A DNA stretch of 63,674 bases, filler included, from Olpidium bornovanus S191 (Eukaryota; Fungi; Olpidiomycota), in NCBI GenBank assembly GCA_017911155.1. It is 28 parts of 28 records of this genome, joined end to end, with 100 filler letters (N's around TTAATTAATTAA, not from the genome) between each part and the next. Parts side by side here need not be neighbours in the genome. Positions count along the whole stretch, not along the records: positions 1 to 3,095 come from JAEFCI010004853.1; positions 3,196 to 4,346 come from JAEFCI010011070.1; positions 4,447 to 5,763 come from JAEFCI010010573.1; positions 5,864 to 7,415 come from JAEFCI010008891.1; positions 7,516 to 10,460 come from JAEFCI010009877.1; positions 10,561 to 12,041 come from JAEFCI010010630.1; 22 more parts are not named here. One strand, written 5' to 3'. The notes under the pieces were generated by a model that saw only the letters and a list, made by a program, of their open reading frames with translations, was not told where the DNA came from and made no database searches. Positions 1-12,141 of this stretch are shown in pieces; position 1 is the first letter of the stretch; the number at the start of each line of letters is the position of its first letter. Made by a program: the position numbers and the translations under genes.

Positions 1-871
1 CATGCTGAGACGTAGGCGCCTCGCGGCCGGCGGGGCCATGCGGACATGCTGAGACGTAGGCGCCCAACTCGTTGACGGCACCCCAAGAAGCTAAGTACCG
101 CCGCAACGCGTCGCCTGCAAAAGCGGCCTGAAACTGTTCCCCGTGTTCGAGAAGCTCCGCCAACAGCACGCCGTGGTTTTTGAAATATGTCAAATGATGA
201 ACGTTCAGAACCATCGCCGTGTCCAGGTGCCGGAGTACTGGCGCCCACAGCTTCAACAGCGGCAACGGGTTGGCAGCCGTCGGGTCCGTGAACCCGAGCT
301 CCTGCAACGACGACTGCATGTCCGTAACCGCCAGGTCAAAAGACGACTGACGCAACGAGCCGATGTTGTCCTTTGTCTGCTTGAAGAAGTCGCGAAGGCG
401 TTCGACCAACGCGGTTGCCAACCTATCCAGCCCTGAGCTGACCTCCTCGTTATCGATCGACGTTAGACAAGGTAGGTTGTCCCCCGGCAGGACTTCATTT
501 GCCTTATCGTAGAACTCTATCAGTCGTTCAAAAAGCGCGACTCCACCAGGAGAGAAGTCGCAGAGGGTGTTCTTGGCTTCCAAAAAAACACTGGAGACGG
601 CGTTTATGACCATCTGCGTCACTTCGATATGCGCGTCAAGACTCCACAAGACGAAATCGGTGTAGGAGCGGAAAGGATCCGCGCCTTCCCAAACGTCGGA
701 AACGGAAGAAGCGTCGTCCGGCAGCGTCGGCACCGGAAAAAAAGACACCGGATAGGACCGCGAGGGCTGATTGGGGAACAGGCGGGAGGAGCACTGGCCC
801 ATGGGTACCGCCGCGACGAGAGCCGGGACGGCGGCGGCGCAAAGCGCGAGGAGGGCGGCGAAAGCCCTCAT
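1..871 (-). CDS. Orphan secreted protein, intronless, 3'-truncated (about 290 codons)
   Basis: Manual translation: ATG at 871 after an A-rich run, MRAFAALLALCAAAVPALVAAVPMGQCSSRLFPNQ...LLKLWAPVLRHLD..., no stop down to base 1 (hence absent from the ORF track). Signal-peptide-like N-terminus. Confidence 0.7.
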   Translation of the reverse strand, partial: MRAFAALLALCAAAVPALVAAVPMGQCSSRLFPNQPSRSYPVSFFPVPTLPDDASSVSDVWEGADPFRSYTDFVLWSLDAHIEVTQMVINAVSSVFLEAKNTLCDFSPGGVALFERLIEFYDKANEVLPGDNLPCLTSIDNEEVSSGLDRLATALVERLRDFFKQTKDNIGSLRQSSFDLAVTDMQSSLQELGFTDPTAANPLPLLKLWAPVLRHLDTAMVLNVHHLTYFKNHGVLLAELLEHGEQFQAAFAGDALRRYLASWGAVNELGAYVSACPHGPAGREAPTSQH

Positions 872-1139
872 TTTTTTTGGCAGGCGGGGAGTCTGTCGCC
901 GGTGGTTCCGCCGGAGGAAGCGGCGACGAGATTTTGCGGCGGCGAGATGTTGCGGCGGCGAAGTGTGGCGGCGGAAGAGGGTGGGGGGAGTTTGCCCCTT
1001 GCCGAAAAAAAAGGGGGCCGGGGAAAGTTGGAGGGGGGAGAAGGCGCAAACAAACGCCGGGGCATGCAAGAACGGCATCATGCTCCCGGGTGCGTCGTCC
1101 CTTGTTGTCGGGTGAAAGCGAGGAAGAGCCGGAGCGTGG

Positions 1140-2600
1140 CGACGCTGATGACAGGAGGCGCGGCCTCTGGATAATCGAGTCCATACAGCGGCGCGCAGCC
1201 CTGAGCGACTCCACGTATCTTGAAATGCTTGATGGTGCCATCTGGGTTTGGCATATACGCGAAAACTTATTGGCCGCGAAGAGCCCTGCGGCGGGGGTGT
1301 AGGCAACGCAGCTTCCATGCAGGATAATCCGGGAGGATGTGATATTTTTCTAGGAAGCCACCAACCAGTACGAAGCATCAAGCGACGGCCATTGCCTCGG
1401 GCCATGGTCGCGGAGGGTGACCACGAGGACGCTTTCATATAATATTATGTAAAGAGTTATTTGAAAAACATTGCCGTAAGGGAAAACGAAGATTTAGCAG
1501 GTCAGATGGCCATATCAACGTAAAAGGGATAATAGGAAGTTGTGCGTCATAATTGTAGGCTGGCAGATCGGCTTGGTCAGCTGTCGGATAAGTGATGTCG
1601 TCGACGGAATTGTGACAAAGGCCAACGCCGGTTCTTCCGGCTCGGCCGGGATTGTCAAGAGAGCCAACGTGCCTGCAGCATCTACTGCAACATTTGGAAT
1701 GGAAATCTTGGCGTGGCGGCATTAGCAATCAAGAACGTCGGCGTAGTTGAGGAGATTGCCTTCGGGTTTATTCAGAACTCGTAGTCGCCATCGGGTGTGA
1801 CGCGATTGTTCAGAATCCGGAGCGACAGTGAAGATGGTAGGATTTTCGTGATTGGTAGTTACACCATCGGCTCGGGCGGCGTCTGTGGGCCAAATTTGAG
1901 ACAAAGGAACATTTTCATCAATGACCTCATCGCATCTGCCGACGATCTTGTCCGTAACGGAGTCCCACAGCCTGTAGCCCTTCACGACGGAAGGGTACCC
2001 GACGAAAACGTAGCATTGCGCAGCAGTCGCAAACTCCCATTTTCCGTCCTTCTTCAAGACATAGCAATATGCCACAAAACCCTGATTTTGAATGTGTTCC
2101 AGGTTGATGCAGTGGTCCCCTTGCCCGTGGATCATGAGGGGGTGATCTTGCCGTGATGCTGTGTGAAACCTGATCCTTGGTATAAAGCACTGTGCGCCAA
2201 ACCTCCGGCCAGCTCCGTACAGGGAGGCATATGCTGATGCGCACAGCGCACACACGATTGGCCATGGTCAAATGAGTTCGTTCGCCAGAGCCATTTTGAG
2301 CGGATGTATTTCAAACGATAACGTGTTCCTTAATCTCGTACGTGAACAGGGTCTGACAGTAGCGTGTATCAATGACTTCGCCACCGCCGTCAGTTTAGAT
2401 TTTGTCCGAACTCGACCTCCAGCTAAGCGAGATAATCTTTGAGAACAGCGATGGTGTGGTCCTCGAGCTTGCTCCAAACGAAGTATGAGCAGATGTGACG
2501 TGCAAACTGTGAAGTTTTTGCCTTTTCTGTTCGAGTGAGCGCACGAGAAGAAAGAGGAAGGAAAACTTTAGGCGCGTCGTCACCACCTCATCGTTTTTAT
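1140..2600 (-). mobile_element. Degraded Ty1/copia retrotransposon (integrase then RT start)
   Basis: Broken frames give LPVRSWPEVWRTVLYTKDQ (integrase core end), FVGYPSVVKGYRLWD (integrase C-terminal domain) and PDGTIKHFKIRGVAQGCAPLYGLDY (RT start). INT before RT is the copia order; stops and frameshifts present. Confidence 0.8.
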
Positions 2601-2829
2601 CCCCGAACGCGTGCCATTATCTGTACGGCCGACTCGATGATGGCGGGGACGCAGTTGAAAAAGCCGACAGCGGTGTTGAACCATCCCCCCCGGAGCCTGT
2701 GTTCAATGCAGGCGTTGCGATGAGCACGTCAACCTTGTTCCCTTTCCATGAAGTTCTATGACACGCGCGCAGGCAGCACGTCTTTTATGTGCGCGGGGCA
2801 TGCCGAGGCGCGAACGCGCTAAGGCGCGG

Positions 2830-3000
2830 TCGCGCAGGGTGCGGTTCTGGGTAGTGGACCTGCGCGGGACATGGCGTGGCACATGTCAGATTGTTGGTGC
2901 TGGTTTCTGGCTCAGAGAATATTCCGGGGGGGAAATTCTCCAAGGACGGCACCACCACGTTGATGTTTGGGATGCCATGCAGGTGATATCACTACGTACT
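2830..3000 (-). repeat. Interspersed repeat, homologous to 33360-33540 (+)
   Basis: Reverse complement aacatcaacgtggtggtgccgtccttggagaatttcccccccggaatattctctgagccag aligns with aacaccaacgtggtggcaacgccctcaaagaatttccccctggaatattttctgagccag at about 33401. Confidence 0.75.
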
Positions 3001-3095
3001 CTTCTCTATCGCAAGCACAACGCTCAATGGAGTTGGCGTCTGGTTTGACCCTGATGGTGGAGTCACCTTCCTTGACCAAGCTGACCTTATGCGCC

Positions 3096-3195
3096 NNNNN
3101 NNNNNNNNNNNNNNNNNNNNNNNNNNNNNNNNNNNNNNNTTAATTAATTAANNNNNNNNNNNNNNNNNNNNNNNNNNNNNNNNNNNNNNNNNNNN
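3096..3195. other. Artificial contig spacer (44 N + TTAATTAATTAA + 44 N); first of 27
   Basis: Identical 100-bp six-frame-stop linkers start at 3096, 4347, 5764, 7416, 10461, 12042, 16181, 19393, 21833, 23857, 25357, 29581, 30700, 34741, 37809, 39990, 41097, 43507, 45047, 48205, 49535, 51215, 52773, 54772, 56024, 58939, 60474. Confidence 0.99.
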
Positions 3196-3206
3196 GGGGG
3201 GGGGGG

Positions 3207-3249
<43 letters not shown>

Positions 3250-3328
3250 CGCCTGGGGGTTCCGTTTTCTGACGTCTCTTTCTCTGTTCTTTTTTTTTTC
3301 TCAAAAAAAAAATAAAAAAAAAAAATCA

Positions 3329-3364
<36 letters not shown>

Positions 3365-3397
3365 TTTTTTTTTTTTTTTTTTTTTTATGACGGGCAG

Positions 3398-3585
3398 ACC
3401 TTCTCGGAGGCTTCGTGGTGCGGCAGAACGCGCGGCGCGGCGCCCGCCGGATATTCAACGCCATCCAAAACCCCATCCTTAACCAGCACCTGATCTACCG
3501 CCTCTTCGACGAGGTCGTCCTGGCCTGCTACGGCCGCGAGGCCGGGGACGTGGTCTGGACCCGCCACTCGACCGACTCGTTTTGA
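3398..3585 (+). CDS. Last exon of an MDM1/SNX14-like sorting nexin (Nexin_C)
   Basis: After a polypyrimidine tract and CAG acceptor: DLLGGFVVRQNARRGARRIFNAIQNPILNQHLIYRLFDEVVLACY...SF*, matching the Nexin_C pattern. Confidence 0.7.
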
Positions 3586-4467
3586 GAAAGCCCCGAGAAG
3601 CGCGGCGTGATGATGATGGTGATATTTTCTTCTTTTGACCTCTCTCTTGATCTCTCTCTCTCTCGCCACTTACGGGAAGCAGCGGAGGAGTTTTCTCGCT
3701 CTCTTCTACGGAACCCGACTTCGTTATGTCCGCCTAGCCTATTCTTTATATGGAAAGCAGCAGGCCCCTTTTATGTCCGGGAGGAGCCGCCAAGAAAGAG
3801 GACTCTCGCTTTTAGTACTTGTGCTGCGCCTTCTTTTTACGATACGACGGACGAGGAGAAAAACTGGTCCCCCCTCCCCTCCCCACCCGTCGCATAAAGC
3901 CTGTTTGTGCGGAGCACAAAACGACTTGTCGTCGTCGTCGGTCTCACGGGGACCCGCGTGCCGCATTTTTGTTGTCTAACACGGCAGCAAACGTAAGTAA
4001 AAAACCGGGTTGCTTTCGTCATTGGCTTTTCCTCGCCGCCGGACGAAAACAGGGGGGGAAAAATGCTCCCCGGGTCTAATTTTGGAACGGAAAGAGGTCC
4101 CTTTCCCCCCTCCGGGAGACGCCATTCGCAGGCGGGGAAGGTGAAACGGCCGGAACAAATAAGCGGATTACTCGGGCTTTTACTTCTGGTGGAGGCTTCT
4201 TTTCTTTTTTTTTTGGCTATCCGAACATGTCCTTCTGCCCTTTAGTCTCCGCCAACACCAAACGTCCGTGTTCTTCAGTCCTCCGCGTCGGAATCAAACG
4301 TGATCCTCGTGGCTTTGACACTGTAACCGCAGCAGTCGCCCCAGAANNNNNNNNNNNNNNNNNNNNNNNNNNNNNNNNNNNNNNNNNNNNTTAATTAATT
4401 AANNNNNNNNNNNNNNNNNNNNNNNNNNNNNNNNNNNNNNNNNNNNAAAAAAAGGGGGGGGGGGGAG

Positions 4468-4506
<39 letters not shown>

Positions 4507-4618
4507 GGCGGCGCGAGGCGCACGCGCGCGCGCGCGCGCGCACCCGCAACCGCAACGCACCGCCGGAAGCCGAGAAAAACCCCCACAAAAAAAAAAAAGG
4601 ACAAACAAAAAAAAGACC

Positions 4619-5763
4619 ATGTCGCGCGATGCGCGGAACATCGCGAGGAGGCAGATGGGATCCGAGGGGGTCGCGGCGTCCCTGAAACCCTCGAGGGGAC
4701 TGCGGTTAGTCAGGGTGGAGGGGGGAGGGGGGAGCGCTTCTCCGGGCTCCGCGCCGGGTTGGTGTGCGTGGGTGTACTACAGAGGCGTGAAGGGGGGGGG
4801 GGGGGCTTGGGGACGGCGTCGCGTTGGCCGTGTTCCCTCTCCGGGACGACGGTGCGGCGGCGTTTTTGCCCACGTCTTTCCCATCGAGGGACGTTTGCAG
4901 TTGACTTGCGCCACGCGCACAAAGCAACAAAAGGGCGCGCGCCACCCCTCCCCCTTCGCGCCGAAAAAGCGAAGAAAAAGAAATAATACGTCTTTTGTTC
5001 TCTCGTTTTTCTTTTTTTGTTTTTTTGTTTTTGTTTTTTTTTTTTTTTTTTTTTTTTCCGATCACAGCGACGACATCGTCAGCAGGGGCGGGGTGCCAAA
5101 GGACCACGGCCGCGCCAACCTGGAGCACATCAGGGCGGTGGAGGCGAAGCAGAGGGCGAAGCGAGAGGTGGGAAATGGACGCGCGCGTGGGGCGGAGGGG
5201 GTCGCCGTTGGTTTGCCTCTCCCTCTTTCCCCCCGCCACGACGTTCGCGCTCGGGTCCCGGAAGCTTGAGATCGGACCGTTTCTCCGCCGACGCGCGGCG
5301 CCTTCTGTTCTTTGCCCTCCCCATCCGGCTACCATCCAGGAAGAAGCCAAGCCTCCCCCGCCGTCCTTCGTGCTGCCCGAGTTCGCCAACGTGCGGTCTC
5401 GGGTGATGGACTCGGTCAGCGAGGTACGCAGACGGCAAGAACGCCAGACGGTCCGAGAGAGGCAGGGATCTCGGCGACGGGCGGAAAATTGACCGTTTTC
5501 TGCATTCCCCCCCAACCGCCCCCCCGAAGGCCAGCAGTAGAAAAGGCTCGCCGAAGCCGCAGCGGAAGGAATTTGCCGAAGCAAGGACGAGGAGCGGCCG
5601 CGAGCCCGCCGAAGCGTCCGCGTGTCACCGACCTCTCGGAGGCATGCTTCGACACCTCGAACAGATGATGGCGAATTCTGCGGGTTGTGACGAAGTGCAT
5701 AATCACGAAATGCTATCCCAAGAGGAATTTCAACCGCGATGCACGCAACAGGGATATCGATGA
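4619..5763 (+). CDS. Enkurin-domain-containing (ENKD1-like) protein, 3'-partial
   Basis: Phase-consistent exons 4619-4704, 5068-5167, 5340-5423 and about 5531-5763. PKDHGRANLEHIRAVEAKQRAKRE and FANVRSRV resemble the ENKD1 N-terminus (PKDHEKENLRRIREIQ...YDKVESRV). The enkurin domain itself lies beyond the contig. Confidence 0.5.
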
Positions 5764-7515
5764 NNNNNNNNNNNNNNNNNNNNNNNNNNNNNNNNNNNNN
5801 NNNNNNNTTAATTAATTAANNNNNNNNNNNNNNNNNNNNNNNNNNNNNNNNNNNNNNNNNNNNCATGCGTGATAGGGACGCGGCCGGACAGCACGCCTGC
5901 GTCGAAAAGATGCGGACTGGTGCAGCCCGTCAAGCATCCGCGTCGCGTGCTTCCTTCGGTTGGGCTTTCGCTTAACTTCCGGCTGCCGCTGTTTCTCTTG
6001 CGGAGCCGGCTCCCCGCTTTTCCTGTCCCGCGCCTGCTATTTGTTGGGTGCTCGCCTCGCTGCGACCGTCCCGCGTGCTCTTCGCTGCCCGGCTACGCCG
6101 TCAAGCCTCAGATGTGGTCGCCGATGGCCGACACCTTTGAGACGGACAGCCGGTCCTACGGCTTTCGTGCCGGCTGCCAATGGGTCGGCCTTTAGCTCTG
6201 CTTGCAGTAACGTAGGCGCTCGTGTCACGGGCTCCGTCGTTAATAGGCTTGCTTACTTCGGTTTCTTCGGAGTCCGCAGGATACTGCCGTGCTGGACAGG
6301 ACGTTTATGATCTTTTGCTCAGGGCTCCATATGGAATTACGAAACTGATCCCGGACGACCGGAAACGTAGGCAGTCTGCTCGGAGTCGAGGTCCGAGGTC
6401 CCTCACCTGATTTTTTTTTTCGTTTCGGCGGAGCCCACCGCCCTTCCGTTCTGGCGGAGAGCTTACAGCCCTTTGGTTGCTTTGTTGCGCCGCGGCTTTT
6501 CGTCTCGCTCGTGCTGTGCCCCACGCACGCACCCGTTGTTTCTTTCAATACCAATTCGGCAGGCTCCCCGTGCGTGGGACTTTCCTGCTTCCCCTGTCGT
6601 TCAAACCGTTTTGGTTTGCGCTTGTCACCTGGTGAAAAAGTGTGTGAGTCTCGGCCGAAAGAGACGCGGCCTGCGTGTTTGCTTCGCGAATGGTACGCCT
6701 TTTAACCGGCTCCAAAATTCCCGTCGAAAGATCAGCGCTGCGGGCCGTTGGCGCGGTTGGTTCCCTTCGCGGAACCGCTCCGGGCCCCACCAGCAAGCTG
6801 CGCATTCTCCCGCCCGCGGAGGACGGGGAGGGGGCGGGGGGGTAGGAAAAAAGGGGGAAAAGGGGAGGTGGCCCGGACCGCAGCATTCCGCGTCGTGGGC
6901 TTTCTCTGTGAACCCTCTGTGATTCCGCTAGGGAGAGTTCCCACTGTAAAAAGACTAGAAGTGGATAGCGGAAGGTCGGTTCTTTCACGAGAACTTCTGG
7001 TCCGATAAAACGGTCCTTAAAAAACGGTTCAGGTGTGTACAGAAGAATTGATGAATGGAAGGGCTAGATTCTTAAAGCCGCTCGGATAGTGGGAGGCGGG
7101 GGTGAGCCAATTCGCACATGATGCTTTGAAGGCCAGAGGCCGTAGAAAGGGCCCAGAAAAAAGAGAAAACAAAGAGGCGGGAACTGAGCAGCAGAAAACA
7201 CAAATTTCGGAATTTCGCCGAACTCGACTTTGCCGCCCTTCACCAGCGCAACCGGCTTTCCCGACAGGATGTTATAGAAAGCAGTCTTTGGAGGAAACAC
7301 GGAATGCTTGTTTTCCAACCGGGTGATTTTTCAGCGCTTGCCCCTTACCCCCCCCCCCCCCCCCCCGGGGGGGGGAAAACCTTTTTTTTTTTTTTTTTTT
7401 CTTCCCCCCCGGGCGNNNNNNNNNNNNNNNNNNNNNNNNNNNNNNNNNNNNNNNNNNNNTTAATTAATTAANNNNNNNNNNNNNNNNNNNNNNNNNNNNN
7501 NNNNNNNNNNNNNNN

Positions 7516-10155
7516 CATGTAGCTGTTGGGTGGCCTGGACGTACGGCATCGTATCAGTGAGTTCGGGATGCCGCTGCCGAAGATTGTGACGCTCCTTGAG
7601 ATTATGAAGCTGATGAGTAATCTGGAAAGGTACGTGGGGTTGTCAGATCGGCAGGCGAGTCCTGCCCACTGATCGCCGTTGGCTGCAGAAGAAGAACGGC
7701 AAGCAAGGCAGACGCACTGCGCAGTGGAGGCTCAAATCACGAAGGTGGAAGCAATCGGCGGAATGCAGCTGGTCGGTATTGAACATCTTAATCATTGTCG
7801 AGAGCAGGCGCTCCTGCCCGTAGAAATCCGCTCCGATGGCTGGTGCCAACATCTCGTTATCTGATACAAGAACATGTTTCCGTTGTCATTCAACGTTTGA
7901 CGCCGTAACTGCGGGATCGACCTTAACGCGAAGGTACATACGAAAAAGTTGCAGGAGCAGCCAGATGAGCCCGTTGTCCGGCGGCAGCGCGTCACGCGCC
8001 GGCGACGTGTTGTAGTCCGACAGGCCTCCACCATCCGGCGGAGATAGGCCTACTAGGTTTTCGAATGCTGCTACTACCTCTTCGAACGATACGATGGGCG
8101 GAGTTTGGCCGTCCTCGCCACTGAGTAACGGAAGGTCCAGCGAGAAACGACCAGCGGTCAATAATGATCTAGTGCTAAATATGAGCTTGACCATATATCA
8201 AGTACCTAATGGACACGAGCGTGTAAAGCTGGTCCGCAACCTCGTTCATAAGCTCCCACGAATCCAGATGAGCGGGAACTACAACGCCGAAAGAATTGGG
8301 ATCGGACAAATCCGCCTGCTCGCCTTTGGCGGGCGTTCATTTCAGCTGGATATCTGCTTCGACGCCCCATTACTGAAAACGCATGGAAAAACAACTCACC
8401 TTCTCGCCGAGTCGCGTAGTCTGACCGCCGGCGGATCTGCTTGAGGCATGCCTTGATTTTCAACATGATGGCGTCGAGTATCTGGTTGCGACCTCCGCGC
8501 AAGCCGGAAAGCGGGCTCTTCTTCCAAGTCGCCCGCACCGTTTCCCAGGGTACGCTTTGGGTTAGCATGTCCTGGAATTGTTCCGCCTTCGTGGCCACCT
8601 GGTGCGTCCGAACAAGTTCGTCCTGCACAAAACGACAACCTCAGTCCAATAAGCAACGGCCGCCACGTTTTGAACAGCCACTCGTACCATGTCGGCAAAG
8701 AACAATCGATGAAATGCGACTTCTCTAAAATTCACGTATATGTTCGGACGGCTCGGTATTGGGACTACAGGCCAAGACGCATCTAGAACCGGCATTGCGA
8801 AATCAGGGACATCCTTCGTTGGGTCGCGTCGAGGACATAATCCTTTGATAAAAAGAAAATTCTCACCCGGAGCTATAAACAACCGGAGAAGGTTTCGCCT
8901 CCGGCGTTTCACATCTGCAGCAAACGCTTCTAGCGTCCAGTGAACTCGACCCCCTGTGGGTGTGCCAAAACCGGTACCTCCGCCGTAGTTATGCAACTGT
9001 TACCCCGGTGGCCGTCATCAGTACACTTCGGCGGCCCGTGAAAGGTGCTGACAGCGCCTGACACAGCTCACCCCTACGAGCAACTCGTAGTACGTCAGCC
9101 ACGCTGTCCCATATGGATTGGTACCGATCAACAGTGAATCGATCACGTCACAGCCAACAGCCACGCATTCCGTTTGGGTTTCGTCTATGTCAGCCGGGAG
9201 ACGGCCGATTTCGCTGATTATGCGGTGGACAATTGCCAAAGCCATATCCTTTCCTATTGTCAAAGCAAACTCCTTCTCTCGAAAGCCGGCCGTCACAAAA
9301 TTCCACCCCGACACCCAACGTGCCGGCGATGTAATGTCCAGTGTCGGAAGAAGAGTGCTGACGATATCCGTGAAAGGTATGCTTGGGTACTTCGGGTGGG
9401 CAGCAAACGTCAGCGCCGCTTTCCAAAGCAGAGAGAGCAGGACGTGGCCTGCTGCTTCGAAAGCTGGTTTGGCCGGCGCTGCAAGGACTTCAAGCAGGTG
9501 TCCGAGCGGCTCAAGCTGCAGAGCCCAGGAGAGCGGGTGCACGTCAAAACTCGTTTTTCCTCAGAAACAACTTGCCCTGATGGGAAAGTCAGTACAATGT
9601 ACCCACCGGAGACCCCTCAACTTCAGCAGTGCGAACCAGTTCATCGAGAAGCAGCTGGAGGGCCTCTGTACTTCGTGCACCGCGGGAACCATCTTCAGCG
9701 TCAACATTGCCGGAAAACCGTTGTCCCGAAAGGAAGTTTCCCCTGTGTCCGCCAGAAAGCGGGTCATTGTCAGGAGGGGTGGTGATCAGCCGCGGCTCAA
9801 AACTGAGGAACATAAGATCTGCGATGGGAACCTCGCCAGGCGTTCCTGGCGGCCAATCACACACCAGCGCCAGCGGATGCCCGGGTGAACCTTGCAAGCG
9901 TCAGCCTGCGACAAAAGTGGGCCAAACCGGTTACTGGCGGCCTGGCGTCTGAATCGCGTCCCCGGACGCGGAGTCGAACGGCAGCGCAAGCAAGGGTTCC
10001 TGCCCGTGCTTCTGCCGTCGAGCTCTCGGGGACAACCGCGAGCGCGGCCGTTCGGCGGAGCAGCGGCCGGTGGTTACCTCACTCGCAGCAGCGGGGGGGT
10101 ACAGGGTTTCTCCCTCGAAGATCAACGCCGCCACGAGCTCCCTGAACTCGTCCAT
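7516..10155 (-). CDS. MED23: Mediator subunit 23-like, multi-exon, 3'-partial
   Basis: First exon MDEFRELVAALIFEGE...|GTAACC. Blocks IISEIGRLPADIDETQTECVAVGCDVIDSLL, VHWTLEAFAADV, SWELMNEVADQLYTLV, SFEEVVAAFENL and DNGLIWLLLQLF follow the order of human MED23 motifs (ILEKILTIP, PHWLLGNLVSDF, LWQHLSSQLIFFV, DHLMWVLLQFI). Confidence 0.65.
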
Positions 10156-11556
10156 CTGCGCGGTGGGGGCAGGGATGCGCGACGGTTGGCGTGTTCGGCG
10201 GCGTTCGCGCGCGCTGCCCAAATATGTTGTTTGGTGGGGAAGAACGTCAGCAGAGCAATTCCGGCCAGGCGGCGACCTCGTCACGTGCCCTCCACGTTAC
10301 CGGCAAGGGGAGGGGGAGCGTTATACAGGAGGAAAAGCACATGATCAGCACCCGATACATTTTCCACCGATGTCTAAATCAGCAGCTTCCGTCCAAAAAA
10401 GATCATAGCAGGCATCACAGCGCTACCAACGAATGCATACTTGATATTTCATTTTCCCGGNNNNNNNNNNNNNNNNNNNNNNNNNNNNNNNNNNNNNNNN
10501 NNNNTTAATTAATTAANNNNNNNNNNNNNNNNNNNNNNNNNNNNNNNNNNNNNNNNNNNNCATGTAGTAGGATCAAAGCTAAACTCATCAGATGCTTAGA
10601 GCATACCGTAAGTAAAAAGACAACGTGCAACGATGCACACTGAAGGCATTAGCGCAAGACAAGCCTCTAAAAGTCTAAAAGTTTTTTCATTATCGTTCAA
10701 AAGGTTTGTGGGTGTTGCAATTTGCTCTCCATTTCTTTCTGTCTTCTTCTCTCTCTCTTGCGCGCCTTTGTTTATGATGAGTAGCAGGAGACTTCCGGGA
10801 AGGAAGGCCCTCTCTACGTCTGGCGTGTTGTTGTCACGTGGACTCACGGGCGATTACGTCCAAGTTCTAACAGTGGGAGCACACAATGGTTTTGTAGCAG
10901 GCGGTGACAGACGGGAGCCAGGGGCGTGGCAAGCATATGCGGCTCAAAAAATTTTCCGGTCATACTGCACTGGCCAGATGGACAGCGCCAAATGTAACTA
11001 GCACTCGAGGCAACACATTGTACAGTTATTCCGGATCCTTTTGCCCGAGTTTTCATTTGCTCCTTGTAAAAATACAACTCAGGCTCTCATTTTTGAGCTA
11101 CATTTCCACACTCAGCGCTCTTTCGCCTCCTTCGCAGCCGGAGTGCGCAATGTACATATAGGTTATTTGCTGGAATAATAAATAACTGCACGGTGCAGTT
11201 TGCTAATAATGCTCGAAGAGATTAGACTGATTACCCATGATTATTTATATCTTTCGCGTACAGAATTCACATAAATAATGCAGCGTGCGGTTCCGCGCGC
11301 GTGTGCGAGGGTGTGTGTGTGCGCGGCGGGCGCTTGTGCGGGTAAACCTGTTTACGCGTCCGCCCAAACGGCGACGCGCCGCTCGCGGAGAAGGGAGGTT
11401 TTGGGCGCGGCGGCGCGCGCTCGACCCGCTCGAACACCCCCTGCCCCCTCTCTCCCCATCTTCGGCCTCGCTCAGATCCCGACGGGCGAAGACTCGCTTC
11501 CCTTCGGCGAATCCTTCCCGCCACCGCCGGCCGCCAGCTGCTCCGCGCCCGTTGCG

Positions 11557-11773
11557 ATGGCCTCGGCCCTCTCGCCCTCTCCCGCCGCCGCCCGACCGCT
11601 CGTTCCCGCCGCTCCCACTCACGTCCTCCCCGGTTTGCAGGCAGAGCCGCCGCCGTCGCCCTGCTGCGCAGGGCAGGGGGCCAAAAAGCGGTGCTTGCCA
11701 GAAAAACCACCGGTTGACCGGAAGCTTGCCACCAAGCCCGAGGACTGCAAGATCCACGACGAAATGCTGAACG
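11557..11773 (+). CDS. Probable first exon of an unknown protein
   Basis: ATG at 11557, MASALSPSPAAARP...KLATKPEDCKIHDEMLN, ending at a GT donor; contig then breaks in poly-G. Confidence 0.3.
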
Positions 11774-11887
11774 GTGTGTGTGGGCCGCCCAGGGACCAGG
11801 GCAGAAGGGCCCGCCGACCGCCAAGCGCGCGGTTTGGTCCAAAACGACGGAGGAGGAAACCGCGGGTGGGGTGTTGAGGGGGGCCGT

Positions 11888-11925
<38 letters not shown>

Positions 11926-12141
11926 AAAAAGGCAGGGGGTCCCCCCAACCGTTGGGGTTTTGGAAAGGGAAAAGTTGGCTTCCACCCCCCGCGGGGGCGG
12001 GAACCCCCCCAAAGGCAAAACGCGGAAACCCTCACGTCCCCNNNNNNNNNNNNNNNNNNNNNNNNNNNNNNNNNNNNNNNNNNNNTTAATTAATTAANNN
12101 NNNNNNNNNNNNNNNNNNNNNNNNNNNNNNNNNNNNNNNNN

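Noticed and set aside
1-64. 20-bp direct repeat catgctgagacgtaggcgcc at 1 and 45
   Set aside because: It sits at a CATG contig end and is most likely a ligation or assembly artefact.
3140-3151. Recurring palindromic TTAATTAATTAA as a CRISPR-like or regulatory repeat
   Set aside because: Always centred in exactly 44+44 N; it is an artificial six-frame-stop linker.
5864-7415. Possible genes on the contigs at 5864-7415, 40090-41096 and 54872-56023, and in 36700-37700
   Set aside because: Exon-like stretches exist, but I could not fix a frame or recognise a family.
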